A stretch of DNA of 64,000 bases from an uncultured Citromicrobium sp. (GCA_964401795.1 CAYNZQ010000005.1:49754-113753), one strand, 5' to 3'. Positions 46,179 through 56,901 are shown, counted from the first letter of the stretch. Numbers and translations: made by a program. The notes: generated by a model from the letters alone, not told the origin.

Positions 46179-47261
46179 ATGGGGCCCGCATTCTTCCGTA
46201 CGATCGCCGTGGTCTCGCTGGCCCTGCTCTCCGCCTGTTCGGGCGATCAGGCGGAACAGGAACGCCCTGCGGTCGCGGTGGTGGCGCGGCCGGTGCGCGT
46301 CCTTCCCGAACAAAGCACGGTGGAAGCGATCGGAACGGCGCGGGCTGCCACCTCCGCGCAGGTCTTCGCCGAAAGCGCCGGACGGGTGGAGCGCGTGCTG
46401 TTCGCGGCGGGGGATTACAAGCGCCAGGGCGCGCCGCTGGTCGAACTCGATGCCCGGCAGGAACGCCTCGCCGTCGATGCCGCGCGGGTGCAGGTACGCG
46501 AGGCGGACCAGCTGCTGGGGCGCTATCGCCGGATCGAGGATACCGGCGCCCTCTCCGAAAGCCAGATCGAGGCGGGCGAGACCGCGCTCGCTTCGGCCCG
46601 GGTCGCGTTGCAGCAGGCGCAGGCGGCGCTGGCCGACCGCACGGTGCGCGCGCCGTTTGCGGGCCATGTCGGCCTGACCGAAATCGATCGCGGCGACCGG
46701 GTGAACGATTCCACCCCCATCACCCAGATCGACCAGCGCGGTACGCTGTATGTCGATTTTCCGGCACCGGAGGAGATCTTCGCCTCGCTGCGACCGGGGC
46801 AGAGCGTTGCGGTTACGCCTTTTTCCGAACCCGATCGCGCGATCGATGCACGGATCGTCGCCACCGACAGCCGCATCTCGCAGGACGATCGCAATTTCAT
46901 CGTCCGCGCGGCGATCCCCAATGGCGACGATCGCCTGCGCCCGGGCATGAGTTTTCGCGTCGCGTTCACGCGCAATGCCGCCACGCGTCCGGCCGTGCCG
47001 GAAGAAGCCATCGTGTGGGGCGGGCAGGGGTCCTACCTGTTCGTCGTGCGGGACGGAAAGGCGCGCCGCGTGCCGGTGACCATCACCTCGCGCCGTGACG
47101 GCATGGTGTTCGTGGACGGCAAGGTCGCGCGCACCGATCGCGTGATCGTGAAAGGGGTGCAGAAGGTTCGCGACGGGCAGGAAATCCGGCTGGTCGCCCC
47201 CGCCGAACCCAAGCCGCAAACGGTCGAGGTGCGCCGCACCGGCGATACCGATGCGCGATAG
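46179..47261 (+). CDS. RND efflux periplasmic adaptor (MFP)
   Basis: Lipobox LALLSAC. Lipoyl hairpin (..GDYKRQGAPLVELD ... VRAPFAGHVG), beta-barrel and MP domains. Confidence 0.85.
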   Translation: MGPAFFRTIAVVSLALLSACSGDQAEQERPAVAVVARPVRVLPEQSTVEAIGTARAATSAQVFAESAGRVERVLFAAGDYKRQGAPLVELDARQERLAVDAARVQVREADQLLGRYRRIEDTGALSESQIEAGETALASARVALQQAQAALADRTVRAPFAGHVGLTEIDRGDRVNDSTPITQIDQRGTLYVDFPAPEEIFASLRPGQSVAVTPFSEPDRAIDARIVATDSRISQDDRNFIVRAAIPNGDDRLRPGMSFRVAFTRNAATRPAVPEEAIVWGGQGSYLFVVRDGKARRVPVTITSRRDGMVFVDGKVARTDRVIVKGVQKVRDGQEIRLVAPAEPKPQTVEVRRTGDTDAR

Positions 47262-50200
47262 GACCGACCTGCCCATGCTGGCGGTCAAGCGGCCGCTGCT
47301 GACGGGCGTCCTCAACCTGCTGATCGTGATCGCCGGGATCGCCGCGCTGATGGGCGTGGACGTGCGCGAATTGCCCGACGTGGACCGGCCGATCGTCTCC
47401 GTCACCGCCACCCTGCCCGGCGCGGCGCCCGAAACGATGGACGCGGAGGTGACCCGCGTGCTCGAGAACGCGGTCGCGCGCGTTTCCGGCGTGCGCGAAA
47501 TCCGCTCTTCCAGCGAGGAGAACAATTCGCGCATCCGGGTGGAATTCGATCCCGGCGCCGATCTCGACACCGCGGCGTCCGACGTGCGCGAGGCTGTCAG
47601 CCGGGTGACGCGCGAGTTGCCCGACCGGGTGGAGCAGGTGCGCGTGGTCAAGGCGGACCAGGACGCGCAGCCGATCATGACGCTGGCGGTGCTGTCCGAC
47701 CGCTACGACCAGGCGGAACTGACGCGGCTGGTCGAAAACGACCTCATTCCCGAATTGCTGACGGCGCAGGGGGTGGCGAGCGTCGAGGAGTTCGGCACCC
47801 GCACCCGGCAGATGCGCGTGGCGGTCGATCCGCCCCGGCTCAACCGGTTCGGCATCACGCTGACCGATGTGGCGGACGCGCTGGAAGGCGCGCCTTACGA
47901 CGTGCCGGTGGGCTCCTTCCGCTCCGACGCGCAGGAGTTGGTCGTCCGCGCAGAAGCGAGCGCGACCGATCCGGAGCGGATCGAGAACGTCCTGATCCGG
48001 GGCGATACGCGCGTGGGCGACGTCGCGCAGGCGGATTTCGCGCCTGCCGACGCGACCAATTTCGTCCGGCTCGACGGAGAGCCCATCGTCGGCCTCGGCG
48101 TGGTGCGCCAGGCCAGTTCCAACACCATCGCGATCTCCGATGCCATCCGCGCCTCGGTGGAGCGGATCAACCGCCGGTTCGACGGGCTGGAGCTGCGGAT
48201 CATCTCCGACGATGCCGAATTCATCCGCATTTCGGTGCAGGAGGTGCTGATCACGCTGGGCTTCACCATCCTGGTCGTGATCGGGACGATGCTGCTGTTC
48301 TTCCGCGCGTGGCGCCCGACGATCATTCCCAGCACCACGATCCCGGTCGCGCTGGTCGGGGTGGTGGCGGGCATCTGGCTGATGGGCTTTTCCATAAACC
48401 TGCTCACCCTGCTGGCGCTGGTCCTCGCCACGGGGCTGATCGTGGACGACGCGATCGTGGTGCTGGAGAACGCGCAGCGCCTGCAGAACAAGGGGCTGGG
48501 CCGCCGCGCCGCCGCGGTGGTGGGCACGCGGCAGGTCTTCTTTGCCGTGGTAGCGACCACCGCGGTGCTCGTTTCCGTCTTCGTGCCCATCAGCTTCCTC
48601 CCGTCCGAGGCGGGCCGGCTGTTCCGCGAGTTCGGCTTCGTCCTCGCCGTCGCGGTCATCATCTCGTCCTTCGTGGCGCTGTCGCTGGTGCCCGCGCTGT
48701 CGGCCCGGCTCGACCTCAGGACCGACCAGGAGGGCGAGGGGCGGCTGGCGAGCTGGGGCGGATGGCTGAACCGGTGGTACGCGCGGCTGCTGACGCGATG
48801 CCTCGACCGGGCGCGCTTCGTCACCATCGGGGCGGTCGCCATCGCGGGGCTTGCCGGGCTCCTGTATGCGGAACTCGACAACGAACTGGTGCCGGACGAG
48901 GATCGCGGCGTCGTCACCATCGATGCGACCGGTCCGGACGGCGTCGGCATCGCCTTCATGGACGACGAGCTCGACCAGGTGGAGCGTGTCCTCAGGCGCT
49001 ATCTCGACAGCGGCGAGATCCGCAGCACCTTCTCCATCGTCGGGCGTTACGATCCCAATCGCGTGCGGGTGACCGCGCAGCTTGCCGACTGGGGCGATCG
49101 CGACCGCAGCCAGACCGAGATCGTTGAATCGCTCAACGATCCGTTACAGGACATCCCCGGCTCGCGCGCCAATGCCCGTGGCCGCGGCACGCTCAGCTTC
49201 GGCGGCGGGGGCGAGGGGATCGAGGTCGCGCTGACCGGCGCGGAATACGATGCGATCTACGATTCGGCGCAGGCGCTCGCCACCGCGATCGATACCCGCT
49301 CCACCATCCTCTCGAATGCCGAAATCTCCTACCAGCCGACGCAGCCGCAGCTCTCGATCGCGGTCGATCGCGCGCGGGCCATCGATCTCGGGGTCGATCT
49401 CGACGACCTGGCGCAGACGCTGCACGCGCTGGTGGACGGGGAGGAGGTGGTCGACCTCAACGTGGGCGACCAGGCGGTGCCGATCTTCCTCACTGCGCAA
49501 TCGACCAGCGTCACCAATCCGAACGACCTGCGCAATCTCTACGTCCGCGGCACCGGTGATGCGCTGATCCCGCTCTCCGCGCTCACCACCATCCGCGAGC
49601 AGGGCATCGCCGCGCAGCTCGACCGGACGGAGCAGCGCCGCGCGATCGAGGTCAGCGCCAATATCGCGCCCGGCACTCCGCTGCGCGACGCGGTCCAGGA
49701 AATAGAGCGCCTGTCGGCCGAGGCGCTGTCGCCCGATACCGACATGCTGCTGCAGGGCCAGGCGCAAAGCCTGGAGGAAACGTCGAACGACCTGCTGCTG
49801 ACCTACGCCTTCGCGCTCGTCATCGTGTTCCTGGTGCTGGTCGCCCAGTTCGAGAGCCTGACGAGCGCGCTGGTCGTGCTGCTGACGGTGCCCTTCGCGC
49901 TGGCCGCGGCGATCCTGTCGCTGTTCCTGTCGGGCGTATCGCTCAACATCTATTCGCAGATCGGGCTCGTCATGCTGATCGGCCTGATGGCGAAGAACGG
50001 CATCCTGATCGTCGAATTCGCCGACCAGTTGCGGCACGAGGGGCGGTCCGTACGCGAGGCGGTGGAAGAAGCCGCCGCGATCCGCCTGCGGCCCATCGCC
50101 ATGACCCTCATCTCGACCGTGGTTGGCACGGTGCCGCTCGTGATCGCGAGCGGGGCGGGGGCCGAGGCGCGCCAGTCGATCGGGTGGGTGATCTTCGGCG

Positions 50201-50352
50201 GGCTGGGAATCGCGGGCCTGTTCACCCTGTTCCTCACCCCGGTGATCTATCTCGGCGTCGCGCGTTTCGGCAAACCGCGCAGCCTCGACCTGGCGCGGCT
50301 TCGCGAGGAGATCGACGCGGTGGACGAGGATATGGGGGCGGCGCCCGCATGA
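47251..50352 (+). CDS. RND (AcrB/HAE1-like) inner-membrane efflux transporter
   Basis: 1033 aa, 12-TM/two-large-loop layout. ...AVKRPLLTGVLNLLIVIAG..., LVLATGLIVDDAIVVLEN. Confidence 0.95.
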   Translation: MRDRTDLPMLAVKRPLLTGVLNLLIVIAGIAALMGVDVRELPDVDRPIVSVTATLPGAAPETMDAEVTRVLENAVARVSGVREIRSSSEENNSRIRVEFDPGADLDTAASDVREAVSRVTRELPDRVEQVRVVKADQDAQPIMTLAVLSDRYDQAELTRLVENDLIPELLTAQGVASVEEFGTRTRQMRVAVDPPRLNRFGITLTDVADALEGAPYDVPVGSFRSDAQELVVRAEASATDPERIENVLIRGDTRVGDVAQADFAPADATNFVRLDGEPIVGLGVVRQASSNTIAISDAIRASVERINRRFDGLELRIISDDAEFIRISVQEVLITLGFTILVVIGTMLLFFRAWRPTIIPSTTIPVALVGVVAGIWLMGFSINLLTLLALVLATGLIVDDAIVVLENAQRLQNKGLGRRAAAVVGTRQVFFAVVATTAVLVSVFVPISFLPSEAGRLFREFGFVLAVAVIISSFVALSLVPALSARLDLRTDQEGEGRLASWGGWLNRWYARLLTRCLDRARFVTIGAVAIAGLAGLLYAELDNELVPDEDRGVVTIDATGPDGVGIAFMDDELDQVERVLRRYLDSGEIRSTFSIVGRYDPNRVRVTAQLADWGDRDRSQTEIVESLNDPLQDIPGSRANARGRGTLSFGGGGEGIEVALTGAEYDAIYDSAQALATAIDTRSTILSNAEISYQPTQPQLSIAVDRARAIDLGVDLDDLAQTLHALVDGEEVVDLNVGDQAVPIFLTAQSTSVTNPNDLRNLYVRGTGDALIPLSALTTIREQGIAAQLDRTEQRRAIEVSANIAPGTPLRDAVQEIERLSAEALSPDTDMLLQGQAQSLEETSNDLLLTYAFALVIVFLVLVAQFESLTSALVVLLTVPFALAAAILSLFLSGVSLNIYSQIGLVMLIGLMAKNGILIVEFADQLRHEGRSVREAVEEAAAIRLRPIAMTLISTVVGTVPLVIASGAGAEARQSIGWVIFGGLGIAGLFTLFLTPVIYLGVARFGKPRSLDLARLREEIDAVDEDMGAAPA

Positions 50353-51701
50353 GGGGTATCGCGTCCCTGTTCGCGGTGGCCTGCGCCCTTGCCGGATGCG
50401 CGACGGTAGGCCCGCCCGCGCCCGTTGCGCAGGTGGCCGCGCCGCCGCGCTACGCCCGCGATCTTCCGCCCTCCGGGCTGGCGGTGCAATGGTGGCGCGG
50501 CTTTGGCGATCCGGTGCTCGACGCGCTTGTGGAGCGCGGGCTCGCCGCCAATCTCGACGTCGAGGCGGCGCAGGGGCGCCTGCGCGCCGCCGCCGCACTG
50601 CTGCGGGCGCAGCGGGCGGACCGGCTGCCCACGATCGACGGGGCGGCGGATGGCGAGGTCACCGTCGGGAGCGACAGCACCACCAGCGCGAGCGCCGGGC
50701 TGTTCGGGCTGTTCGATCCCGATCTCAACGGGCGGTTGCGCGCGGAAATCCGCGCCGCCGCCGCCGATTACGCGGAGGCCGATTACCTGGTCGCGGATCA
50801 GCGCCGGCTCGTCGCCGCGGCGATTGCCAGCCAGTACATCGAATACCGGCGCAGCGGCGCGCAGCTCGAACTGCTGGAGGAATCGACCGGCCTGCAGGAA
50901 CAGACGCTCGACATCGTCACCCTGCGTTACGAGGCGGGGCTGGCCGCCAATCTCGACGTGCGCCGCGCGGCGGCCGATCTGGCGCAGACGCGGGCGCGGC
51001 GCGGCCTGATAGAGATCGCGCGCGCCAATGCGGCCAGCGCGCTCGCCATCCTGCTGGCGGAACCGCCGGGCACGTTCGCGCCGCCCGATGCCGCGCCGGG
51101 GTCCACCATTCCCGAATTCGCGTCCGGCCCGCCCGCGGGCGTGCCCGCCGACCTGTTGCGGCGACGGACCGATATCCTCGCGGCGGAGGCACGGTTGCAG
51201 CGCGCCGCCGCCGATATCGGGATCGAGGAAGCGGACCTGCGCCCCTCGCTGACCATACCCGGCACGCTTGCCGTGGGGGACGGATCGCTTACGGGCCTGT
51301 TTTCGCAATTCCTGCTCGGCCTCGGGGCCGCGCTCGACCTGCCGCTGTTCGACGGCGGGCGACGCCGCGCCGAAGTCGCCGCCGCGCGGGCCATCGCCGA
51401 TACGCGCATCGCCGAGTACCGCTCAACCTTCCTGCAGGCGCTGGGGGAGGTGGAAACCGCGCTCGCCGCAATCGACGCCTACGAGCAGCGCAACGCGGCG
51501 CTTGCCGAAGCGATCGAGCAGAGCGATACCGCGCTCGGCCAGTCGAACGCGCTATATCGCGAAGGGCTCGCCTCGCTGTTCGACGTCCTCGACGCGCAGC
51601 GCCAGCTTATCGCCAGTCGACAGTCGCTGATCGACAGCGAGGCCAATCTGGCCGGTTCCTACGTCGCGTTCCACGCCGCAATCGGCTCTCCAGGCTTCTG
51701 A
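50349..51701 (+). CDS. NodT-family outer-membrane efflux lipoprotein
   Basis: ATG 50349 overlaps the RND stop. Lipobox ACALAGC, WW motif (VQWWRGFGDP), two OEP repeats. Confidence 0.85.
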   Translation: MRGIASLFAVACALAGCATVGPPAPVAQVAAPPRYARDLPPSGLAVQWWRGFGDPVLDALVERGLAANLDVEAAQGRLRAAAALLRAQRADRLPTIDGAADGEVTVGSDSTTSASAGLFGLFDPDLNGRLRAEIRAAAADYAEADYLVADQRRLVAAAIASQYIEYRRSGAQLELLEESTGLQEQTLDIVTLRYEAGLAANLDVRRAAADLAQTRARRGLIEIARANAASALAILLAEPPGTFAPPDAAPGSTIPEFASGPPAGVPADLLRRRTDILAAEARLQRAAADIGIEEADLRPSLTIPGTLAVGDGSLTGLFSQFLLGLGAALDLPLFDGGRRRAEVAAARAIADTRIAEYRSTFLQALGEVETALAAIDAYEQRNAALAEAIEQSDTALGQSNALYREGLASLFDVLDAQRQLIASRQSLIDSEANLAGSYVAFHAAIGSPGF

Positions 51702-51789
51702 CGCGGATGGCGCAACCCGCACGATCGCGCGAGGGATCGCAGCAATCCGCTTGTGATCGGGCGGCAATTCTGGAATTCGCGGGACAGCG

Positions 51790-53598
51790 ATGATCCCGGT
51801 CCCATCCCCCCACGCGATTGCCGCCATGGCGATTACCATCGCGATGTTCGTGGCTTTCGCGCGCGGCAAGATGTCGATCGAGATCGTGTCGCTGCTGACC
51901 ATCGCGGTCATCGCGGTCGGCCTCTATTTCTTCCCGCTGCCCAGCACCCACCAGACCGATGGGTTGCAGCTCGCCTTTTCGGGGTTCGGCCATTACGCGC
52001 TCATCACGATCTGCGCGCTGATGGTGATGGGACGCGGCCTGGTGGTGACCGGCGCGCTCGACCCCGTGGCGCAGGTGCTGGAACGCCTGTTCAAGTTCAA
52101 CCTGCAGCTCGGCCTGCTGATTTCGCTGCTGATGGCGGTGTTCCTGTCGATGGCGGTCAACGACACGCCCGTACTGGTGCTGCTGATGCCGATCTTCGTC
52201 AGCCTGGCCGCGCGCGGGGCGATGCCCGCGTCGAAGACGCTGATCCCGCTCAACGCCGCGGTGCTGATCGGCGGGATGGCGACGACCATCGGCACCTCGA
52301 CCAACATTCTGGTCGTTTCCATCGCCAGCGACCTCGGCATGCGCCAGATGAGCGTGTTCCATTATACGCCCATCGTGCTGCTCGCCGGGGCGATCGCGCT
52401 GCCCTATCTGTGGCTGGTCATGCCGCGCCTGCTGAGTGACAACCGGGTGGAGTATGTGGCGCAGCGCCGCCGGTTCCACACCCGCCTGCGCATCGACGAA
52501 GAAAGCTCGCTGCTGGGGCAGGACATCGCCGCCATCCGGCAGCGCCTGCCCGCCGACATCGTGTTCGAGGACAACCCGACCGGCGTACTGCAACCCCAGC
52601 AGCGGCTGCGCATGTCGGGCACGCACGAGACGATGGAGGAGGCGCTGCGCACGCTGAAGGGCGCCATCGCCCCCGCTTGGGTGCTCGACCGGATCCGGCG
52701 CCAAGCGGATCAGAAGAACGATTCCATCCTGGTGCGCGAGATGTCGGTCACGGCGGATTCGCGCCTCATCAACCGGACCCTGCCGACATCGGGCGTCGCC
52801 GATCTCTACGGCGTGGCGATCATCGGCGTGCACCGGCCCGAACGCCTGGTGCGCGAGCGGGAGGTCTATACCGAGGGCGGGGACCTGCGCATCGCGGAAG
52901 GCGACGTGCTGCTGGCGATGGGCCTGCCCGCCGCGCTGGATGCGTTCGCCCGCGACGACAGCCTGTTGATGCTGGAGGGCGCGCGCGAGCTGCCGCGCCG
53001 GTCCAAGGCGTGGCTGGCAGGGGCGATCATGGTCGGCGCGGTCGGCAGCGCCTCCATCGGGCTGTTCCCGATCGCCATCTCCGCCCTCGCCGGCGCAATC
53101 CTGATGTTCGTGACCGGCTGCGTGAAGTTCGACCGCGTCGGGCGCGCGCTGTCGGCGAAGGTCATCGTGCTGGTCGCGGCCAGCATCGCCATCGGCCGCA
53201 TCATCGACGAAAGCGGCGCGGCCGACTGGATCGGGCAGGTCATGGCCTATGGCCTGCAATATCTCAGCCCGGCGCTGGTGCTGGCCGCGATCATGCTGTG
53301 CGTGACGGTGCTGACCAATTTCGCCTCCAATGCCACGGCCGCGACGGTCGGGACGCCGATCGCCTTCAGCATCGCGCAGCAACTGGAATTGCCCGCCGAA
53401 CCGCTGGTCCTGGCCGTGCTGTTCGGCTGCAATCTGTGCTATGCGACACCGATCGCGTATCAGACCAACATGCTCATCATGTCGGAAGGGTCGTACGAAT
53501 TTCGCGACTACATCCGGACGGGGGTGCCGCTGGTGCTGCTGATGGTGACGACGCTGTCGATCCTGCTGGTGCTGACCTACGGGATGCGACTGATCTGA
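51790..53598 (+). CDS. SLC13/DASS-family permease with two central TrkA-C domains
   Basis: 602 aa. TM bundle - two RCK_C-like segments (..IAEGDVLLAMG..) - TM bundle. SNTAT/SNATA hairpin motifs (FASNATAATVG). Confidence 0.85.
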   Translation: MIPVPSPHAIAAMAITIAMFVAFARGKMSIEIVSLLTIAVIAVGLYFFPLPSTHQTDGLQLAFSGFGHYALITICALMVMGRGLVVTGALDPVAQVLERLFKFNLQLGLLISLLMAVFLSMAVNDTPVLVLLMPIFVSLAARGAMPASKTLIPLNAAVLIGGMATTIGTSTNILVVSIASDLGMRQMSVFHYTPIVLLAGAIALPYLWLVMPRLLSDNRVEYVAQRRRFHTRLRIDEESSLLGQDIAAIRQRLPADIVFEDNPTGVLQPQQRLRMSGTHETMEEALRTLKGAIAPAWVLDRIRRQADQKNDSILVREMSVTADSRLINRTLPTSGVADLYGVAIIGVHRPERLVREREVYTEGGDLRIAEGDVLLAMGLPAALDAFARDDSLLMLEGARELPRRSKAWLAGAIMVGAVGSASIGLFPIAISALAGAILMFVTGCVKFDRVGRALSAKVIVLVAASIAIGRIIDESGAADWIGQVMAYGLQYLSPALVLAAIMLCVTVLTNFASNATAATVGTPIAFSIAQQLELPAEPLVLAVLFGCNLCYATPIAYQTNMLIMSEGSYEFRDYIRTGVPLVLLMVTTLSILLVLTYGMRLI

Positions 53599-53618
53599 GC
53601 GGAAGAGGGCGGGGGAGA

Positions 53619-54965
53619 ATGATTGTGGGAAAATGGGCATATTCGGCCGCAGCGGCAACCCTGGCGGTTGGGCTGGCACTGGCACCCGGTGCGGCGCGCG
53701 CGGACGACCTGCACGACGCCGTGGCGGCGCAGATGCCGGAACTGCTGACGCTTTACCGCGATCTCCACCGGAACCCCGAGCTTAGTTTCGAGGAACATGA
53801 AACCGCGGCGAAGCTGGCCAACCGGATGCGTGCGCTCGGCTTCGAGGTGACGGAAGGGGTGGGCAGAACCGGCGTCGTCGCGATGATGCGCAATGGCGAC
53901 GGGCCCACGGTGATGATCCGCGCGGACATGGATGCGCTGCCCGTGGTGGAACAGACCGGCCTGCCGTTCGCCTCGACCAAGACCGCGACCCCGGCGTCGG
54001 GCGTGACCACGGGTGTCATGCATGCGTGCGGGCACGACACGCACATGGCCGCCTTCATCGGCACCGCGACCCAGCTCGCCGCGCGCAAGGACGCATGGAG
54101 CGGGACGCTGATGATGGTGCTGCAACCAGCGGAGGAGCTGGGGCTGGGCGCCAAGGCGATGCTCGACGACGGGCTCTACACCCGCTTCGCGACCCCCGAC
54201 TACGCGCTCGCCTTCCACGATGCCGCCGCGCCTGTGCCCGCCGGCACGATCGGGACGACCGAAGGCTACGCGCTCGCCAATGTCGACAGCGTCGACATCA
54301 CGGTGAAGGGGGTGGGCGGCCACGGGGCCTATCCCCAGTCGACGAAGGATCCCATCGTGCTCGCAAGCGCGATTGTGATGAAGTTGCAAACCCTCGTCAG
54401 CCGCGAAAACAGCCCCCTCGATCCCGCCGTCGTGACGGTCGGCAGTTTCCACTCGGGCGCCAAACACAACATCATCTCCGACGAGGCGAAGCTGCAACTG
54501 ACGGTCCGCAGCTATTCAGACGCGACACGCAAATTGCTGCTCGACGGCATCGCCCGCGTCGCGCGCGGCGAAGCGATCGCTTCGGGTATTCCGGACGCGT
54601 TGATGCCGGTGGTGAAGGTGGAGGAGCCCTATACTCCGTCCACCTTCAACGATCCCGAACTGACCAAGCGGCTGACCGCCGATTTCCGCACCCGCTTCGG
54701 CACGGACCGGGTCATGGACATGCCGCCGGTCATGGGGGGCGAGGATTTCAGCCAGTTCCGCCGCGCTGCGCCGGACGACGTCGAATCGCTCATTTTCTGG
54801 GTCAGCGGCACGCCCGAAGACCTCCTCGCCAAGGTAAGGGCGGGGGAAGCGGACCTGCCGTCGCTCCACAGCCCCTTCTGGGCGCCTGATGCGCAGAAGG
54901 TCATCGCCACCGCGACGGAGGCGATGACGGCTGCGACGCTCGAGCTCATGAACCCGGACAGCTAA
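53619..54965 (+). CDS. M20D-family amidohydrolase (hippurate hydrolase-like), secreted
   Basis: Signal peptide ...LAPGAARA-DD. LHRNPELSFEEHETA, MHACGHDTH, GGEDF. Confidence 0.85.
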   Translation: MIVGKWAYSAAAATLAVGLALAPGAARADDLHDAVAAQMPELLTLYRDLHRNPELSFEEHETAAKLANRMRALGFEVTEGVGRTGVVAMMRNGDGPTVMIRADMDALPVVEQTGLPFASTKTATPASGVTTGVMHACGHDTHMAAFIGTATQLAARKDAWSGTLMMVLQPAEELGLGAKAMLDDGLYTRFATPDYALAFHDAAAPVPAGTIGTTEGYALANVDSVDITVKGVGGHGAYPQSTKDPIVLASAIVMKLQTLVSRENSPLDPAVVTVGSFHSGAKHNIISDEAKLQLTVRSYSDATRKLLLDGIARVARGEAIASGIPDALMPVVKVEEPYTPSTFNDPELTKRLTADFRTRFGTDRVMDMPPVMGGEDFSQFRRAAPDDVESLIFWVSGTPEDLLAKVRAGEADLPSLHSPFWAPDAQKVIATATEAMTAATLELMNPDS

Positions 54966-54984
54966 GCCTGCGGGTTCGAGAAAT

Positions 54985-55019
54985 GCGGAGACCGCCCCGG
55001 TTTCGCGGGGGCGGTCTCC
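54985..55019. terminator. 13-bp perfect-stem hairpin between convergent genes
   Basis: CGGAGACCGCCCC-ggtttcgcg-GGGGCGGTCTCCG, 20 nt after the amidohydrolase stop and 8 nt from the stop of the minus-strand small ORF. Confidence 0.65.
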
Positions 55020-55026
55020 GATTCCA

Positions 55027-55233
55027 CTACTCGGCGCCGGGCACGTAGGTGCCGAGCCGGTGGTGCAGCGCATTGATACGCGCGAGTTCCTCCCGATCGT
55101 CCGTCGCACGGGCGTGGCTGGTCAGCGCCGCGCGCAAGAGGCGGAAGTCCGCCGTGGAGAACAGCGCACGCGCCCTGCCGGGTTCGCGCGGCGTGGGGTC
55201 TGTCTGCGGTGCGTCTTGGGTCATCGTCGTCAT
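55027..55233 (-). CDS. hypothetical small protein downstream of aceA
   Basis: 68-aa ORF, 11 nt downstream of the aceA stop on the same strand, followed by the hairpin terminator. No motif recognised. Confidence 0.4.
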   Translation of the reverse strand: MTTMTQDAPQTDPTPREPGRARALFSTADFRLLRAALTSHARATDDREELARINALHHRLGTYVPGAE

Positions 55234-55244
55234 CCTCTCTCTCC

Positions 55245-56840
55245 TCAGGCTGCGAACTGGTTCATGGTATTGGCCGAACCGCCCGCCTTCAGCGCGGCCT
55301 CGCCGGCGAAATATTCCTTGTGGTCGTCGCCGATATCGCTGCCGGCCATGTTCTGGTGTTTCACGCAGGCGATCCCTTGGCGAATTTCCTCGCGCTGGAC
55401 CTGCTTGACGTAGCCGAGCATGCCTTCCTCGCCGAAGTAACGCTTGGCGAGGTTGTCGGTGCTGAGCGCCGCAGTGTGATAGGTCGGCAGCGTGATGAGG
55501 TGGTGGAAGATCCCCGCCTCCCGCGCGGCATCGGACTGGAAGGTGCGGATACGCTCGTCCGCCTCGCGAGCCAGATCGGTGTCGTCGTAATCCACGCTCA
55601 TCAACCGGTCGCGGTCGATGCCCGTCAGGTCGCGGCCTTCATCGGCCCAAGCGTCATAGACCTGCTGGCGGAAGCTGAGCGTCCAGTTGAAGCTGGGCGA
55701 GTTGTTGTAGACCAGCTTCGCATCGGGGACGACTTCGCGAATGCGGTCGACCATCCCGCCGATCTGCCCGATATGCGGCTTCTCCGTCTCGATCCACAGC
55801 AGGTCGGCCCCGTGCTGCAACGCGGTGATACAGTCGAGAACGCAGCGGTCCTCCCCCGTCCCGGCGCGGAACTGGTAGAGGTTGCTGGGCAGCCGTTTGG
55901 GGGCCAGCAGCTCGCCGTCGCGGCTGATGAAGACTTGGCCATTGCCGATATCCGCCGGATCGACCTCGTCACAATCGAGGAACGCGTTGTACTGGTCGCC
56001 CAGATCGCCCGGTTCCTTCGAGAACGCGATTTGCTTGGTCAGCCCCGCGCCGAGGCTGTCCGTGCGCGCGACGATAATACCCTCGGGCACGCCCAGCTCG
56101 AGGAAGGCGTAGCGGATCGCGCGGATCTTCTGGAGGAAATCTTCGTGCGGGACCGTCACCTTGCCGTCCTGATGCCCGCACTGCTTCTCGTCCGACACCT
56201 GATTCTCGATCTGCAAGGCGCAGGCGCCCGCCTCGATCATCTTCTTGGCGAGGAGGTAGGTCGCTTCGGCATTGCCGAAACCTGCGTCGATATCGGCGAT
56301 GATCGGCACGACATGCGTCTGGTGCTCGTCGATGGCATGCAGCAGACGGTGCGTGTTGACGGCATCGCCCGCCGCCTTCGCGGCGTCGATCTCGCGGAAG
56401 AGCATGCCGAGCTCGCGCGCATCGGCCTGCCGCAGGAAGGTGTAGATCTCTTCGATCAGGGCGGGCACGCTCGTCTTTTCGTGCATGGACTGATCGGGCA
56501 GAGGGCCGAACTCGCTGCGCAGCGCGGCGACCATCCAGCCCGACAGGTAGAGGTAGCGGCGCTGCGTGGTGCCGAAATGCTTCTTGATCGCGATCATCTT
56601 CTGTTGCGCGATGAAGCCGTGCCAGCAGCCCAGCGATTGTGTGTAATTGGCGGGGTCGGCATCGTAGGCGGCCATGTCCTCGCGCATGATGCGGGCGGTA
56701 TGGCGCGCGATGTCGACGCCCGTCGCAAACCGGTTCTGGGCGCGCATGCGCGCCGCGCTGCTGGCATCGATCCCCTGCCAGGCCTCACCCCCGCTTGCGA
56801 TGGCGCGTTGCAGGTCGGACAATGTTTCCTGATACGTCAT
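55245..56840 (-). CDS. aceA: isocitrate lyase (long ~530-aa form)
   Basis: ATG 56840. IADIDAGFGN, catalytic loop SDEKQCGHQDGK (KQCGH variant, as I recall for the Pseudomonas-type long ICL). Confidence 0.95.
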   Translation of the reverse strand: MTYQETLSDLQRAIASGGEAWQGIDASSAARMRAQNRFATGVDIARHTARIMREDMAAYDADPANYTQSLGCWHGFIAQQKMIAIKKHFGTTQRRYLYLSGWMVAALRSEFGPLPDQSMHEKTSVPALIEEIYTFLRQADARELGMLFREIDAAKAAGDAVNTHRLLHAIDEHQTHVVPIIADIDAGFGNAEATYLLAKKMIEAGACALQIENQVSDEKQCGHQDGKVTVPHEDFLQKIRAIRYAFLELGVPEGIIVARTDSLGAGLTKQIAFSKEPGDLGDQYNAFLDCDEVDPADIGNGQVFISRDGELLAPKRLPSNLYQFRAGTGEDRCVLDCITALQHGADLLWIETEKPHIGQIGGMVDRIREVVPDAKLVYNNSPSFNWTLSFRQQVYDAWADEGRDLTGIDRDRLMSVDYDDTDLAREADERIRTFQSDAAREAGIFHHLITLPTYHTAALSTDNLAKRYFGEEGMLGYVKQVQREEIRQGIACVKHQNMAGSDIGDDHKEYFAGEAALKAGGSANTMNQFAA

Positions 56841-56901
56841 TTTCAAAAAGCTCCCGTTCGGTTCGCTTTTCGATAATGGCCGATCGAGACTTGGGGTTAG
56901 T

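Noticed and set aside
51607-53685. 692-aa minus-strand ORF
   Set aside because: It is antisense to the SLC13 permease gene. It is a His/Arg/Gln/Asp-rich shadow frame with no recognisable fold.
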